This document shows, in pieces, positions 19,092-28,500 of a stretch of DNA of 64,000 bases; the first letter of the stretch is position 1, and each line of letters begins with the position of its first letter. The translations under genes were made by a program, and so were the position numbers. The stretch is from a virus. The notes beneath the pieces were generated by a model. That model was not told the DNA's origin and did no database searches. It saw only the letters and a program-made list of their open reading frames with translations. The stretch is taken from the IMG/VR virus record IMGVR_UViG_3300037851_000865, positions 29,232 to 93,231 of that record; one strand, written 5' to 3'.

Positions 19092-19744
19092 TGGCCATAC
19101 CTGACGCATACAGAGCAATCACGCTCGCTGAGTTCAATGTTGGTGCCGCGGCTGCGGTTGCCTTCTTGAACCCTTTGTGCGCACAGATAGACGCTCTTCT
19201 TGCTTTAGGGCTTGGCCCGTTTCAGGCCACGCTTGCTGCCCAGTTCAATGCCGCACTGGCTGCTCAGGCTCAGCTGGCGCTCACGGTCAATCTGGGAGCA
19301 GCAGCGCAGCTTGCAGCAGCTATCGCCGCCTTAGTGCAGCTGCAGGTCGCTCTGTCTGTTTCTCTTTCTTTAGGCATCCCTCCGATAAGTATTGGGCTGA
19401 GCGCTGAGCTGAGCGCAACAGTAGCCCTCGGAGCTGCTCTCAAGATACAGCTGGGAGGGCTGCAGCTTCTCATCAAAGCTGCTCTCGCGGTAAAGATTCC
19501 GGCGATACAGGCAGCTGCGATGCTGAATGCGTCCCTGCCCGTAGGGCCCTTCTTCGCCATCTCCTTCAGCAACGTTCAGCTGCAAAACGTGTCCAGCTGG
19601 CTGTCCTCCGAGGTGCTGAGCGGAGGTCTTTCAGCAGACAGCCAAGTACTGCTTCCAACCGACCCGACCTACGGTGTTTTGGTCTTCGGGAAGAACCCTT
19701 CTTTTCAGGCACAATTCGGTGCCATAATCAGCGTACCCACGTGA
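19091..19744 (+). CDS. Ala/Leu-rich, nearly uncharged putative baseplate/virion protein
   Basis: 217 aa, long hydrophobic helical stretches, coupled to the spike gene. Confidence 0.6.
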   Translation: MAIPDAYRAITLAEFNVGAAAAVAFLNPLCAQIDALLALGLGPFQATLAAQFNAALAAQAQLALTVNLGAAAQLAAAIAALVQLQVALSVSLSLGIPPISIGLSAELSATVALGAALKIQLGGLQLLIKAALAVKIPAIQAAAMLNASLPVGPFFAISFSNVQLQNVSSWLSSEVLSGGLSADSQVLLPTDPTYGVLVFGKNPSFQAQFGAIISVPT

Positions 19745-19751
19745 GGATGAA

Positions 19752-21932
19752 ATGACCGAACCCCTGTTTATCCAGCCTGATGTTGTCTTCGAGAAGCTCT
19801 CTGCTGAGGTGGACCTTAGCGAGGACCCCAACCAGTGGCCTCATGAGGTGCTTCAGGAGCTCTACAAGCAGGTCCCGTACATCGCTGATTTTGACCCCAG
19901 TGTGGAAATGCAGAAGGTCGACTCTGAGCGAGGCTACGGCATCGGTCAGGTTGTACTTTCTATTCGCAGTGAGGCGCAGGACGGCACAGACCCTGCGATG
20001 ATGGCGGCAACGGGTGTGCGCTCGGTACGCATCCCCCTCATCATCAAGGAGCGCAAGCTCTCGCCGTTTGACCTGCTCGTGAACGACACCGCCAAGGTTC
20101 TTCCCCTCACGGAGAGTCGTTTGCGCACTTCGTTGTTCCGCCCGCAGATGTTCGACGTGACGAGCCAGACCCCTGGCGACCAGTCGATGATTGGCCAGCT
20201 GTACCCGCCCTATCGGCAGAACTACGGTTTCGGTGGCGGCGGTATCTCCATCGGCGGTTCGATGGGCAAGAATGCTTCGGCGGGCAGTCTTGAGTCGTAT
20301 CTTCTCGGAGGCAAGACCAAGACGGCTTCTGTTTTTGACGAGCAGCGCATCAAAGAGCTCGAGTCAAAGGACGCAGGTTTCCGGTACGTGCCCTTCAAGA
20401 AGACGAGCTCTCTTCTGCGCGCAACATTCTCCTCGTACAACCAGACCGATATCAATAGCTTCTTCGACAAGCTCGGAAGCGATGAGAGCCTTCAAGCGGC
20501 CTACAGCCGAAACCGAGAAGCCATCCTTGGCCCGTTGTCGGTCTTGGCGGGAAATGAGCCCTTCACCGTGGAGAAGCGCGCCTCGGCGCTCGAAGGGGCA
20601 ATCCCTCCCACGGTTACGCAGCTGACCAAGACGGCCAGTGGGTACTTGGTTAAGACCGCAAACCACGCCTACTGGCGACCTGAGACGCGCGAGCTCTCGC
20701 GACGGGATGTGATTCGTCAGTACGGGGAGAAGGTGGCGCTTGCGGCCGATGAGGCCGGGCAGGTCACCATGTCTGAGGGTACGGGGGTCTCGGCGGGCCC
20801 ATCCGCTGCTGAGGTACCTGTGCCGGCGCCCATCACCGCCCCAGGCGTCTACAAGGTAACCGTCGACGACGAGACCAAGAAGGAGCTCATCGGCGTGGTT
20901 GTCACCAATCTGCTAGACACCGATGGGACCATGTTGCCCTTGTCGCTGTTCTCGAACGGCTCTCAGACGGCTGTGCAGCCCGACATTATGGGTCTCTCCG
21001 CAGGCGACAGCGCTAGTTTACCGACTGCGCGCCCCGGCGGCGCAGGTGCCTTCTTCAGTCACGGGCAGGACGGGAAGCTCGTCGCAACAATTCCGCTGGA
21101 ACTGAACGGCTCCTATACGATGCCTGGACAGCCTGCCACCTTCAACGGGGTCACCTTCGACGGACGCCCTATCGAGGTGAGTGTGCAGCCGAACATCCAG
21201 TCCGTTCTAGGCACGCCCGAAGGCAAGATGCTCATCCCAGTCTCCTGGCAGTGGACCCCACTTGGTTCCGCGGAGATTGTGGGTCTGGTTGGGTTTGATA
21301 CCGGCAACGAGTCTTCCCCAGAGGACTGGCACGAAGGTTCAGACCGAGAAGACCCGGAGCTTGCGCAGGAAGAAGCCAAGCAGAGCCACGTGGTCGTCCG
21401 CGGTGACCACGACTGCTTCTCCTTCGACGGGCCGGCTGTTGCCAAGCTGGCGAGCTCGGAGACCCAGGGGGTTTCTCTTGACCAGGCCATGTTCCTCCTG
21501 GCCGGTCTGGGTGTGGGGTACGACTACATGACGTCCAAGCTGGCGAGCTCGCTCAGCGGCCCAGCGCTCATTCATACTGGACGCGCCATCACCACAGCCT
21601 CGGAGCAGGAGAAAGTAGCAGCTGAACGCGCTCGGGCGTTCGTTGCTTTGGTTCCCTCTCTGAAGCGAGACCTCACCAAGGAGGCGGCCGTCATCCCAGA
21701 CCCGACGGCTGTCGATGCGGTTTTGTCCCTCGGGTTTATCAATCCCGAGAACATCATGACGTACGTCAGCTATCTGCCCACGCTCGAGGACGCGCAATCC
21801 AAGATGTGTGAGCTTCTTCTGGCTGCTCGTGTAGGGCTTTCAGACGTACCGGCCTCTGCCCTCGAGCGCGCCGTACGCTCCACAGAAGAGGCTATCGAAG
21901 GCCTCAAAGTGCTGGCCTTCCAGGGCAACTGA
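19752..21932 (+). CDS. Large putative internal head protein rich in K-x-A motifs
   Basis: 726 aa; GKNAS, TKTAS x2, EKRAS, VKTAN, EKVAL, AKLAS, SKLAS, EKVAA, TKEAA. Confidence 0.75.
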   Translation: MTEPLFIQPDVVFEKLSAEVDLSEDPNQWPHEVLQELYKQVPYIADFDPSVEMQKVDSERGYGIGQVVLSIRSEAQDGTDPAMMAATGVRSVRIPLIIKERKLSPFDLLVNDTAKVLPLTESRLRTSLFRPQMFDVTSQTPGDQSMIGQLYPPYRQNYGFGGGGISIGGSMGKNASAGSLESYLLGGKTKTASVFDEQRIKELESKDAGFRYVPFKKTSSLLRATFSSYNQTDINSFFDKLGSDESLQAAYSRNREAILGPLSVLAGNEPFTVEKRASALEGAIPPTVTQLTKTASGYLVKTANHAYWRPETRELSRRDVIRQYGEKVALAADEAGQVTMSEGTGVSAGPSAAEVPVPAPITAPGVYKVTVDDETKKELIGVVVTNLLDTDGTMLPLSLFSNGSQTAVQPDIMGLSAGDSASLPTARPGGAGAFFSHGQDGKLVATIPLELNGSYTMPGQPATFNGVTFDGRPIEVSVQPNIQSVLGTPEGKMLIPVSWQWTPLGSAEIVGLVGFDTGNESSPEDWHEGSDREDPELAQEEAKQSHVVVRGDHDCFSFDGPAVAKLASSETQGVSLDQAMFLLAGLGVGYDYMTSKLASSLSGPALIHTGRAITTASEQEKVAAERARAFVALVPSLKRDLTKEAAVIPDPTAVDAVLSLGFINPENIMTYVSYLPTLEDAQSKMCELLLAARVGLSDVPASALERAVRSTEEAIEGLKVLAFQGN

Positions 21933-21992
21933 CCGATTTCCTCAACTTGTGCCTCTTGAGAATTGCAGCAAGGTGGTACATGTTGAGGAACG

Positions 21993-22934
21993 ATGATTCG
22001 GCACTCACCTTGCGAGAAGTACATCCAGTACCTTCTGGTTCACCCAGAGCAGTACAAAGATGAAGTCATTATCTCGAGGCTGCGAGAGTTGCAGCTCGAT
22101 TTCATCGGCCCTAAGTACTTCATCAAGCTGCGCGAAGGCTTGCGTCCACCGACACCGTTCAAGCCCTTCGATGAGTTCCATCTTCCTTCGAAACGGTTCA
22201 TCACAGCACACAAGCTGTACTACTTGTTCTTCCCTGATGCGGCGATGGAACAAGCGCTGTGCATGTTGAAAGAACCTCGAGCAAAAGAAATTGTAGAGGC
22301 CATGCTCATCTCGCATGACCCTCCAGGCCTGATTGCGCGCCGTCTTTCGAAGCTGTGGCGCGCCTGTACCGTGGAGGCGGTGAACCGGTACAAGTTCTTT
22401 TTCTACGACACGGACCTGGTGGACAGCACGGAGATTCAGGCCTTGTTGATGTTCAGAACAGACTTTGTTGATTCGCAGAGTGATGAGTATGACGACCAGA
22501 TGCGCAGCGCTCTGAAGCTAGCGGCAGGTACAGACCCTCGGCGGATTGCTGCCCGTCAAGCTTTGCCCGACCTCACGGGGGTCATGACCGGGATGCGCTA
22601 CGGGTACATGCCCAACCAGCTCGACCTCAACCGGGTGCTGACCAGCACACAAGCAGCAGCAATCAACCGAGTGCACATTCTAGCCCTCAGCGGCTTCGGC
22701 AAGAACAGCGCGGAAGAGGCGCGCGACTGGTCTATGGTCGGTAAGATGATGAGCGAGCTCAAAAGCGAGCTAGGCAGTCCTGATGCCTCGCTACAAAGAG
22801 AGCTTCAGACGTTGGCTCTTGCCACCGACAACTCGCAGGTGCCATACATAGCTCAACTGTCAGGCGGTAATCACACCGTTGACTTGCAGCCCATTGAAGT
22901 AACGGCTGAGGGGATAGTGTCCGATGACGAATGA
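21993..22934 (+). CDS. Hypothetical protein with a possible HTH; candidate terminase small subunit or transcription factor
   Basis: 313 aa, GAGG RBS; segment EQALCMLKEPRAKEIVEAMLISHDPPGLIARRL...VEAVNRY resembles an HTH; two genes upstream of TerL. Confidence 0.5.
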   Translation: MIRHSPCEKYIQYLLVHPEQYKDEVIISRLRELQLDFIGPKYFIKLREGLRPPTPFKPFDEFHLPSKRFITAHKLYYLFFPDAAMEQALCMLKEPRAKEIVEAMLISHDPPGLIARRLSKLWRACTVEAVNRYKFFFYDTDLVDSTEIQALLMFRTDFVDSQSDEYDDQMRSALKLAAGTDPRRIAARQALPDLTGVMTGMRYGYMPNQLDLNRVLTSTQAAAINRVHILALSGFGKNSAEEARDWSMVGKMMSELKSELGSPDASLQRELQTLALATDNSQVPYIAQLSGGNHTVDLQPIEVTAEGIVSDDE

Positions 22935-23391
22935 ACGACAAGTTGCTCTTGGTGGTGTCTCCGAAGAACAGGCTGTAAAGCTCCTGCAAACAGAAGGCTT
23001 GATGGAGGGTACTGTGGATGACGTAGCGAAGGCTGTGCCTCGTTTCACCCAGAAGAGCTTCAAGTCCTTTTACGCAGAGTACGGCATTGTCAATGCGGAC
23101 TTGGTGGTGCACTTCTACCTCCCGAAAAACTTGAACGTCGGGGCTATGGATGTGCGTGAGCAAAAGGCGTGGAGCGCATGGTGGGGCGGTACCTTCCCTG
23201 ATGTACTCAGCTCTGTCGCTCAGGAGTTCTTCGAGGTGGAGTATCCCCGTGTTGTAGCAAAGTACACCGAGGAGGTAGCTAGCTGGTGGTTTGCCGCCCG
23301 CGGTTTTGCTTCTTCGATGGACCCGCAGAAGCTTCTCGAGGTCTTTCTTCAGAAGATGGACTCCGCGCTTTCCCGACCCAACGAAACGTGA
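22924..23391 (+). CDS. Hypothetical protein
   Basis: 155 aa, overlapping start with the previous gene. Confidence 0.7.
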   Translation: MTNERQVALGGVSEEQAVKLLQTEGLMEGTVDDVAKAVPRFTQKSFKSFYAEYGIVNADLVVHFYLPKNLNVGAMDVREQKAWSAWWGGTFPDVLSSVAQEFFEVEYPRVVAKYTEEVASWWFAARGFASSMDPQKLLEVFLQKMDSALSRPNET

Positions 23392-23647
23392 ACTCTAGGC
23401 GGTACGCTGGAAAACTAATCTGGTCTACCTCCCACCCACTTTCCCTCATGTACTGACGCACGTAGCCCCTGACGAAGGGGCGTGCCTCTCTGGCTATCTT
23501 TGAACGCAATCGAAACGCCGCATGGTCTCCCTCTTCTGTGCTCCATACAGCAGTCTGTCCTGTCAGGTTGTCGTTTGCGCGCTCGAGCGACTCTCCAAGT
23601 CTGTGAAGAGTAGCTTCGATATCGCTGCAGAGTTCGGGAGGGTACAT
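23279..23647 (-). CDS. Possible small leftward ORF (122 aa)
   Basis: MYPPELCSDIEATLHRLGE...FVRGYVRQYMRESGWEVDQISF; fills an otherwise empty 255-nt gap, but has no RBS and overlaps the 3' end of the convergent gene. Confidence 0.35.
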   Translation of the reverse strand: MYPPELCSDIEATLHRLGESLERANDNLTGQTAVWSTEEGDHAAFRLRSKIAREARPFVRGYVRQYMRESGWEVDQISFPAYRLEFTFRWVGKARSPSSEERPREASAGPSKKQNRGRQTTS

Positions 23648-25454
23648 GGGAGCTGCTGAACAACTGTACGACGAAGACGACTGGGACGATACCTGGGACG
23701 AGACATCGACCTGGAATCCGGAAAGTCCGATAGTCGAAGACGAGCGTCTCCTACAGAAGAAGCAGAAACAGCTCAAAGCATTGCCGGCTTTGAAGCCGTC
23801 ACAGTTCACGTCATACGCGTTCTGGATGCCTAAGACAGAGCGTGGCGTCACCGAGGAGGGCGAGGAATACGAACGGGTCGTCATGGACCGGTTTACCTTC
23901 GACGGTCGCCGGCACATGATTCGCCCCTACGATACGCCAGCGAAGCGCTTGCTTCTGTTCTGCGGTCGTCAGGTGGAGAAGTCCACGCTGCTGGGCAACA
24001 TCATGCTCAGCTACATGTGCCTAGTTAGTGGGTACAGGGCTCTGTACGTCTCGCCGTCGATGACGCAGACCAAGACGTTCAGCTCTGACCGTATTCGTGA
24101 GCCCATGGAGACAAGCCCTGTCTTGTCTAAGTTCACGACAACGATGCTCTCGCAGAACATTCTCGAGAAGCAGCTTGTCAACCGCAGTAAGCTAACGCTG
24201 CGCTACGCGTACCTGAACGCCGACCGCACGCGCGGTATCCCGGCGTACTTGCTGGCCATCGATGAGTTTCAGGACATCCTGCAGGACAACGTTCCTGTCA
24301 TGCAGCAGTGCTTGTCTCACGCACCGCAGTCGCTGAAGCGGGAGATTTACTCAGGCACGCCCAAGTCCTTGGACAATCACCTTGAGTACTACAGGGCCAA
24401 CCTCAGCACGCAGGGGGAATGGGTTGTTCCCTGCAATGCCTGTAACCACTGGAACGTCCTGGGCGAGAAGAACATCGGCAAGAACTGGCTGTGTTGCGAG
24501 AAGTGCGGCAAGCAAATCAACCCGATGGACGAACGGGCCCAATGGGCCAACATGGTGAAGGGCGATGTTCCGTGGGAGAGCTACCGCATCCCTCAGCTGA
24601 TGGTTCCGTGGCTGAACTGGAAGAAGGACATCCTTTACAACTACGAGAACTACTCTCGAGAGAAGTTCTACAACGAGGTCCTGGGCATCAGTTACGACTC
24701 AGGGCTGCGACCGCTTACAACCCAACAGCTCAAGGATGTCTGCAATCCAGACGTCACCATGATGGAGCTTGGGTGGTACAAAGAACAGAGCCACGCGCAG
24801 CCCATTTACGCCGGATTGGATTGGGGGACCGGAGAGCACTCGTACACGCTCCTGACGCTCGGCACCTACGTGGGTATGAAGTTCCGCGTTTTCTACGCGC
24901 ATCGCTTCACCGGCGAAGAGATTGACCCTGAAGTACAGATAAAGAAAATCATCGAGATTCTTCGGTACTTCAATGTGAAGTTCGTAGGCTCTGATTACGG
25001 CGGAGGCTTCAATCAGAACTACATCCTCGCCAAGACGTTCGGAGCACTCAAGCTCAAGAAGTTCCAGTATCTGGCTCGCAGCTCCGGCGGCAAGGTGAAG
25101 TGGGACCCCAAGTTACTTCGGTACAAGGTGTCCCGCACAGAGGTGATGAGCGACGTCTTCAACGCCGTGAAACAAGGCAAGCTCGAGTTCCCCAAGTGGG
25201 ATGAGTGGCACGACCCGTACGGCCAGGACATGCTCAACATCTACAGCGAGCACAACGCTCAGCTGAACATGATTCAGTACAAGCACGGTGTGGATAAGCC
25301 GGACGACACCATGCATTCGGTCTTGTACTGCTTCCTGGCTTCCATGTTCGACTACCCGCGTCCCGACATCATCACGCCAGATACGGAAGACCAGCACGGT
25401 CGTCGGCGAGAGAACTGGCCCGGTCCTATTGACCAAGGCGGGACCTACTACTGA
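23646..25454 (+). CDS. terL: Terminase large subunit (gpA-like, with zinc finger)
   Basis: Walker A variant GRQVEKS, Walker B AIDEFQD, IYSGTPK, CNAC...CEKC, nuclease motif YAGLDWG; GGAGG RBS. Confidence 0.92.
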   Translation: MGAAEQLYDEDDWDDTWDETSTWNPESPIVEDERLLQKKQKQLKALPALKPSQFTSYAFWMPKTERGVTEEGEEYERVVMDRFTFDGRRHMIRPYDTPAKRLLLFCGRQVEKSTLLGNIMLSYMCLVSGYRALYVSPSMTQTKTFSSDRIREPMETSPVLSKFTTTMLSQNILEKQLVNRSKLTLRYAYLNADRTRGIPAYLLAIDEFQDILQDNVPVMQQCLSHAPQSLKREIYSGTPKSLDNHLEYYRANLSTQGEWVVPCNACNHWNVLGEKNIGKNWLCCEKCGKQINPMDERAQWANMVKGDVPWESYRIPQLMVPWLNWKKDILYNYENYSREKFYNEVLGISYDSGLRPLTTQQLKDVCNPDVTMMELGWYKEQSHAQPIYAGLDWGTGEHSYTLLTLGTYVGMKFRVFYAHRFTGEEIDPEVQIKKIIEILRYFNVKFVGSDYGGGFNQNYILAKTFGALKLKKFQYLARSSGGKVKWDPKLLRYKVSRTEVMSDVFNAVKQGKLEFPKWDEWHDPYGQDMLNIYSEHNAQLNMIQYKHGVDKPDDTMHSVLYCFLASMFDYPRPDIITPDTEDQHGRRRENWPGPIDQGGTYY

Positions 25455-25465
25455 TTCAGGGCTAG

Positions 25466-25498
25466 AGAAAAAGCAACCGATGACTCGGTTACTTTTCT
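25466..25498. terminator. Bidirectional intrinsic terminator (stem perfect on the minus strand)
   Basis: Minus strand AAGTAACCGA-GTCA-TCGGTTGCTT-TTT; on plus the stem has a C-A mismatch and T4. Confidence 0.75.
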
Positions 25499-25710
25499 CC
25501 CACAGGTCACACTTATGCTTGAGAGTTTTGCCTACTGTGCCTCAAGCAAGTCCACCTTTAGTCTCGCGGTGGTTCGGGATGCAGTTACGTCGCAGACTCG
25601 CTGCCGCATCTCAGGAGGCGCTTTTCTCGGGGTTCTGGTTTTACGTGCGTGTGGGGCTCTTAGGTCCCACAGCTACGATATTCTCCAGGCTTGACCGAGG
25701 TGTTTCCTCG
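25466..25710 (-). ncRNA. Candidate structured small RNA (~245 nt)
   Basis: Lies between promoter motif copy 3 and the terminator; five visible hairpins; no convincing ORF. Confidence 0.4.
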
Positions 25711-25714
25711 ATAT

Positions 25715-25743
25715 TCTTATACCATGTTTACTGGGGTTTTTGC
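25715..25743 (-). promoter_or_regulatory. Candidate phage promoter GCAA-N19-ATAAGA (copy 3)
   Basis: Plus strand TCTTAT 25715-25720, 19 nt, TTGC 25740-25743; also reads as extended -10 TGGTATAAG. Confidence 0.65.
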
Positions 25744-25753
25744 GTAGAACAGC

Positions 25754-26506
25754 CTACTGCTGAGAGCGCATGCCCTTGTGTTTTGAAGCAGCTATGGCCA
25801 GCATTGTGATGCGATGATTCTCTCCCGCGAAGTCCGCTTCAAAGGCGCGCATGGCCGCGCGCTTTCCGTACCTCTGAATGTGATACATGAAGATAGCGTT
25901 ACGCAGAGTCTTCCTGGCAGCATTGAGCCGCCGATAGGCAAGAACCTCCGCAGGGTTATACGCCATGTCTTCAGCGTTCTGGCACCTCAGCAGGTGGGTG
26001 ACGAGGTCGTTGTATACACGCCACGGTTCTTCCTTGTCGTTGGTCACCGACGCGACCCGAAGAAAGTACTGCTCACACAGAGAGCCAAAGATGTCTGCCC
26101 AGTAAGTGACGCGTTCTTCGCCGTTGATGGTTTTTGCCAGTGCCTGGTAGGCCTCTTCGTGCAGGGCTTGAATGCTCTCCGCGTCGAGCTGGTATGCTGG
26201 AGAGACATGCATACCGAGCAGCCTCTCGAGAGCTTCGACTCTGCGCTGTGCGACCCTCGCGGCCGCCCAGGCCTGCTCAGCTGTTTCGGTGGTGGCCAGC
26301 AAGGAAATTTCCCGCTCACGGACCTCCCGCAGGGCCGCAATCTCCTCAGGGTCGAACAGCGGGGCGTTGAAAGGCCCGGTTCTTCCTACGATTCGGAGGG
26401 TGCCTTTGCGCATCATCTTCTCGACGCTACGCTCGGACACATCCAGAATTTCCGCCACTTCCTCCTTGGGGATACCTGATACACTTCCCATGACGCTGTT
26501 TTGCAT
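25754..26506 (-). CDS. DNA-binding protein with N-terminal excisionase/MerR-type HTH
   Basis: KEEVAEILDVSERSVEKMMRKGTL...LFDPEEIAAL; divergent from the head operon, starts only 35 nt apart. Confidence 0.75.
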   Translation of the reverse strand: MQNSVMGSVSGIPKEEVAEILDVSERSVEKMMRKGTLRIVGRTGPFNAPLFDPEEIAALREVREREISLLATTETAEQAWAAARVAQRRVEALERLLGMHVSPAYQLDAESIQALHEEAYQALAKTINGEERVTYWADIFGSLCEQYFLRVASVTNDKEEPWRVYNDLVTHLLRCQNAEDMAYNPAEVLAYRRLNAARKTLRNAIFMYHIQRYGKRAAMRAFEADFAGENHRITMLAIAASKHKGMRSQQ

Positions 26507-26541
26507 GGTATTTCTTTGAAGCACAACTGAGAGGCCTTCAG

Positions 26542-28023
26542 ATGCACGACCTACCATCTATTCTGTTGGAGCAGCAGTCACATGCTCCACCCAAATCCGG
26601 TGAAGAGCTCGAGGTTTTGGGGAAGTGTGCTGCGAAGAAGTACATCGACGGCACCTGCAAGAGTCTGAATGAAGCTGTGGTCGATACCATCAAACATGCA
26701 GGGTTATCGCCCGAGCAGGTTCGACGGGTCATCGAGTTCACAAACACAGACGCGTTCCTGACGGAGCACAAGAAGGAAGGCTCGAGCCGCTACGTCGACT
26801 TCCACGGTGGGCCTGCTGACCCCGGTGAGGTTCTTAGGGACCTCAACGATGGTGGTGGCGGAACGGTGTTCGACCGTGGTCTGGCCGACTACAGCCTTCC
26901 TCCCGGGACCAAGACGGCGCGGGCGCACACGCTGGGCGGGCAGGAGAAGACGGCAGCCGCCTCTGAGTTCGGCCCCACCCTTGGGGACATCGCGGGCGAC
27001 ATGCACGGCAAGGTCATGCGCTCCTACAAGCTCCCTCCCTATCAGGGCTACGACCCGTTCGGCCAAGGAGAGGCAAAGCACAAGGTCAAGATGCTGGGTG
27101 CGTTGGGCTTCAAGGGTGTGAAGGTCGGCAGTGCTGAGCCCATCCCGTTCCTCGACAATGACCCCGCAGAAGAGGCGCTTAAGCAGGCTTTTGCCTCTGA
27201 AGAAGAGGCGCTGCCCTTCGCTGACCCTCTGGCTCCCGCCATCGCCACGAGCGACAAGCTCGCCGGCGCAGTTGACCATCTGACCGCAGAGCTCACCGAG
27301 CTCGAGGGTGCTTTCCACGACAGCCTCGACGACGTGTACCAGCACGTGAAGCAGGCGAGCTTGGAAGGCATCCCGCTCGGGCACGTTCTGACGGCCTGGC
27401 AGTCAGTTGTTCCTGACGCCGACTATGTGAAGGTAGCTTTCTCCCACATCAGCCCTCGCCTGGTCCGTGATGGGGTGTTCGCCGGCTTCGATGACGTCGG
27501 TGACTCTCTCCAGAAGACTGCGCACGTTGGTCACGTGAACTCCAGCCATCCTCTGGTCGGCTCCATGGCCCTCTTCTGCATGACGCTCGACAAGCTTGCA
27601 GAGACACGCGCTGCTCGCGCGGAGCTCATTCAGGCTCGAGACGCTATGCAGGACTTCACGCAGAAGACCGCGAGTGTGTTCAAGCGGGTCGCTGATAGTG
27701 GAGGCGTCCTCCCAAAAGTAACAAGGGCGTTCCGGTCTGCGGGTGAGTCCGCAGGTAAAGGCACCAAGACTCTAGGAGAAGTTCTCCTCGGTACTGGTTC
27801 TCGGGGCGCCCAGACCGCCGCCAACGCCGTCGAAAAGGGCATCACATACACCCCGCACGCCGCTGCTACTCTGGCAGGACTTCTCGCCGTCGCTGACATG
27901 CGCGAGCGCGCAAGGTACAGCCCCGCTTTTCAGACCGCGAAGAACTTCGCGCTAGCACGCGTTCCCTACACCCACCAGAACATGGTCTACCAAAATCAGT
28001 TGGCCATGGAAGGCCAGTACTGA
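26542..28023 (+). CDS. Putative internal head protein with K-x-A motifs and C-terminal amphipathic/hydrophobic segment
   Basis: 493 aa; TKTAR, EKTAA, VKQAS, VKVAF, QKTAH, QKTAS. Confidence 0.8.
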   Translation: MHDLPSILLEQQSHAPPKSGEELEVLGKCAAKKYIDGTCKSLNEAVVDTIKHAGLSPEQVRRVIEFTNTDAFLTEHKKEGSSRYVDFHGGPADPGEVLRDLNDGGGGTVFDRGLADYSLPPGTKTARAHTLGGQEKTAAASEFGPTLGDIAGDMHGKVMRSYKLPPYQGYDPFGQGEAKHKVKMLGALGFKGVKVGSAEPIPFLDNDPAEEALKQAFASEEEALPFADPLAPAIATSDKLAGAVDHLTAELTELEGAFHDSLDDVYQHVKQASLEGIPLGHVLTAWQSVVPDADYVKVAFSHISPRLVRDGVFAGFDDVGDSLQKTAHVGHVNSSHPLVGSMALFCMTLDKLAETRAARAELIQARDAMQDFTQKTASVFKRVADSGGVLPKVTRAFRSAGESAGKGTKTLGEVLLGTGSRGAQTAANAVEKGITYTPHAAATLAGLLAVADMRERARYSPAFQTAKNFALARVPYTHQNMVYQNQLAMEGQY

Positions 28024-28029
28024 GGCACT

Positions 28030-28500
28030 ATGAACCCTCTCGATGAAGCACTCATGAGCAAAGAGGCAGGATTTCTCAGCAGTCTGAAGTCCTTCGGCAA
28101 CACACCGCTCGGCGGCAACATTGCAGCAGGCCTTGCTACTGCCGGTGCAGCCGGTGCCGCCGCTGGTGTTGCGGCAGGTGTCAAGAAACTGGTGAGCTCG
28201 GCGACCGCGCGACGCGACTACAACGCCATGATGTCGCTCGACCCAGAGCTCGAGCAGATGCGTGCCGACAACCCCAAGTTCTTCAACACGGCGTATACAT
28301 CGCTTCGCAAGATGAACCCCACCTACGGCAACGACCCCATCGTGGCCAGCGCCATGATGCGGCGCATGATGGAGTCTCCTGGCGGCGCGGGGATGATTCT
28401 GGCAGGTTCTCTCAAGCCCCCGTCTCCCTTGTCTGAGGCAGGCTTGGGCCTCTCTGTTGGGACAGAGTTTGGGCCCGTGCGTTTTGAGCGGCGTTTCTGA
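28030..28500 (+). CDS. Putative head protein: SKEA followed by a glycine-zipper segment
   Basis: 156 aa; MNPLDEALMSKEA-GFLSSLKSFG...IAAGLATAGAAGAAAGVAAGVKK. Confidence 0.75.
   Translation: MNPLDEALMSKEAGFLSSLKSFGNTPLGGNIAAGLATAGAAGAAAGVAAGVKKLVSSATARRDYNAMMSLDPELEQMRADNPKFFNTAYTSLRKMNPTYGNDPIVASAMMRRMMESPGGAGMILAGSLKPPSPLSEAGLGLSVGTEFGPVRFERRF

Noticed and set aside
11337-25454. Inteins or introns in the RNAP or terminase
   Set aside because: Conserved motifs follow in order without large insertions, and no intein-terminal His-Asn/Cys pattern was noticed
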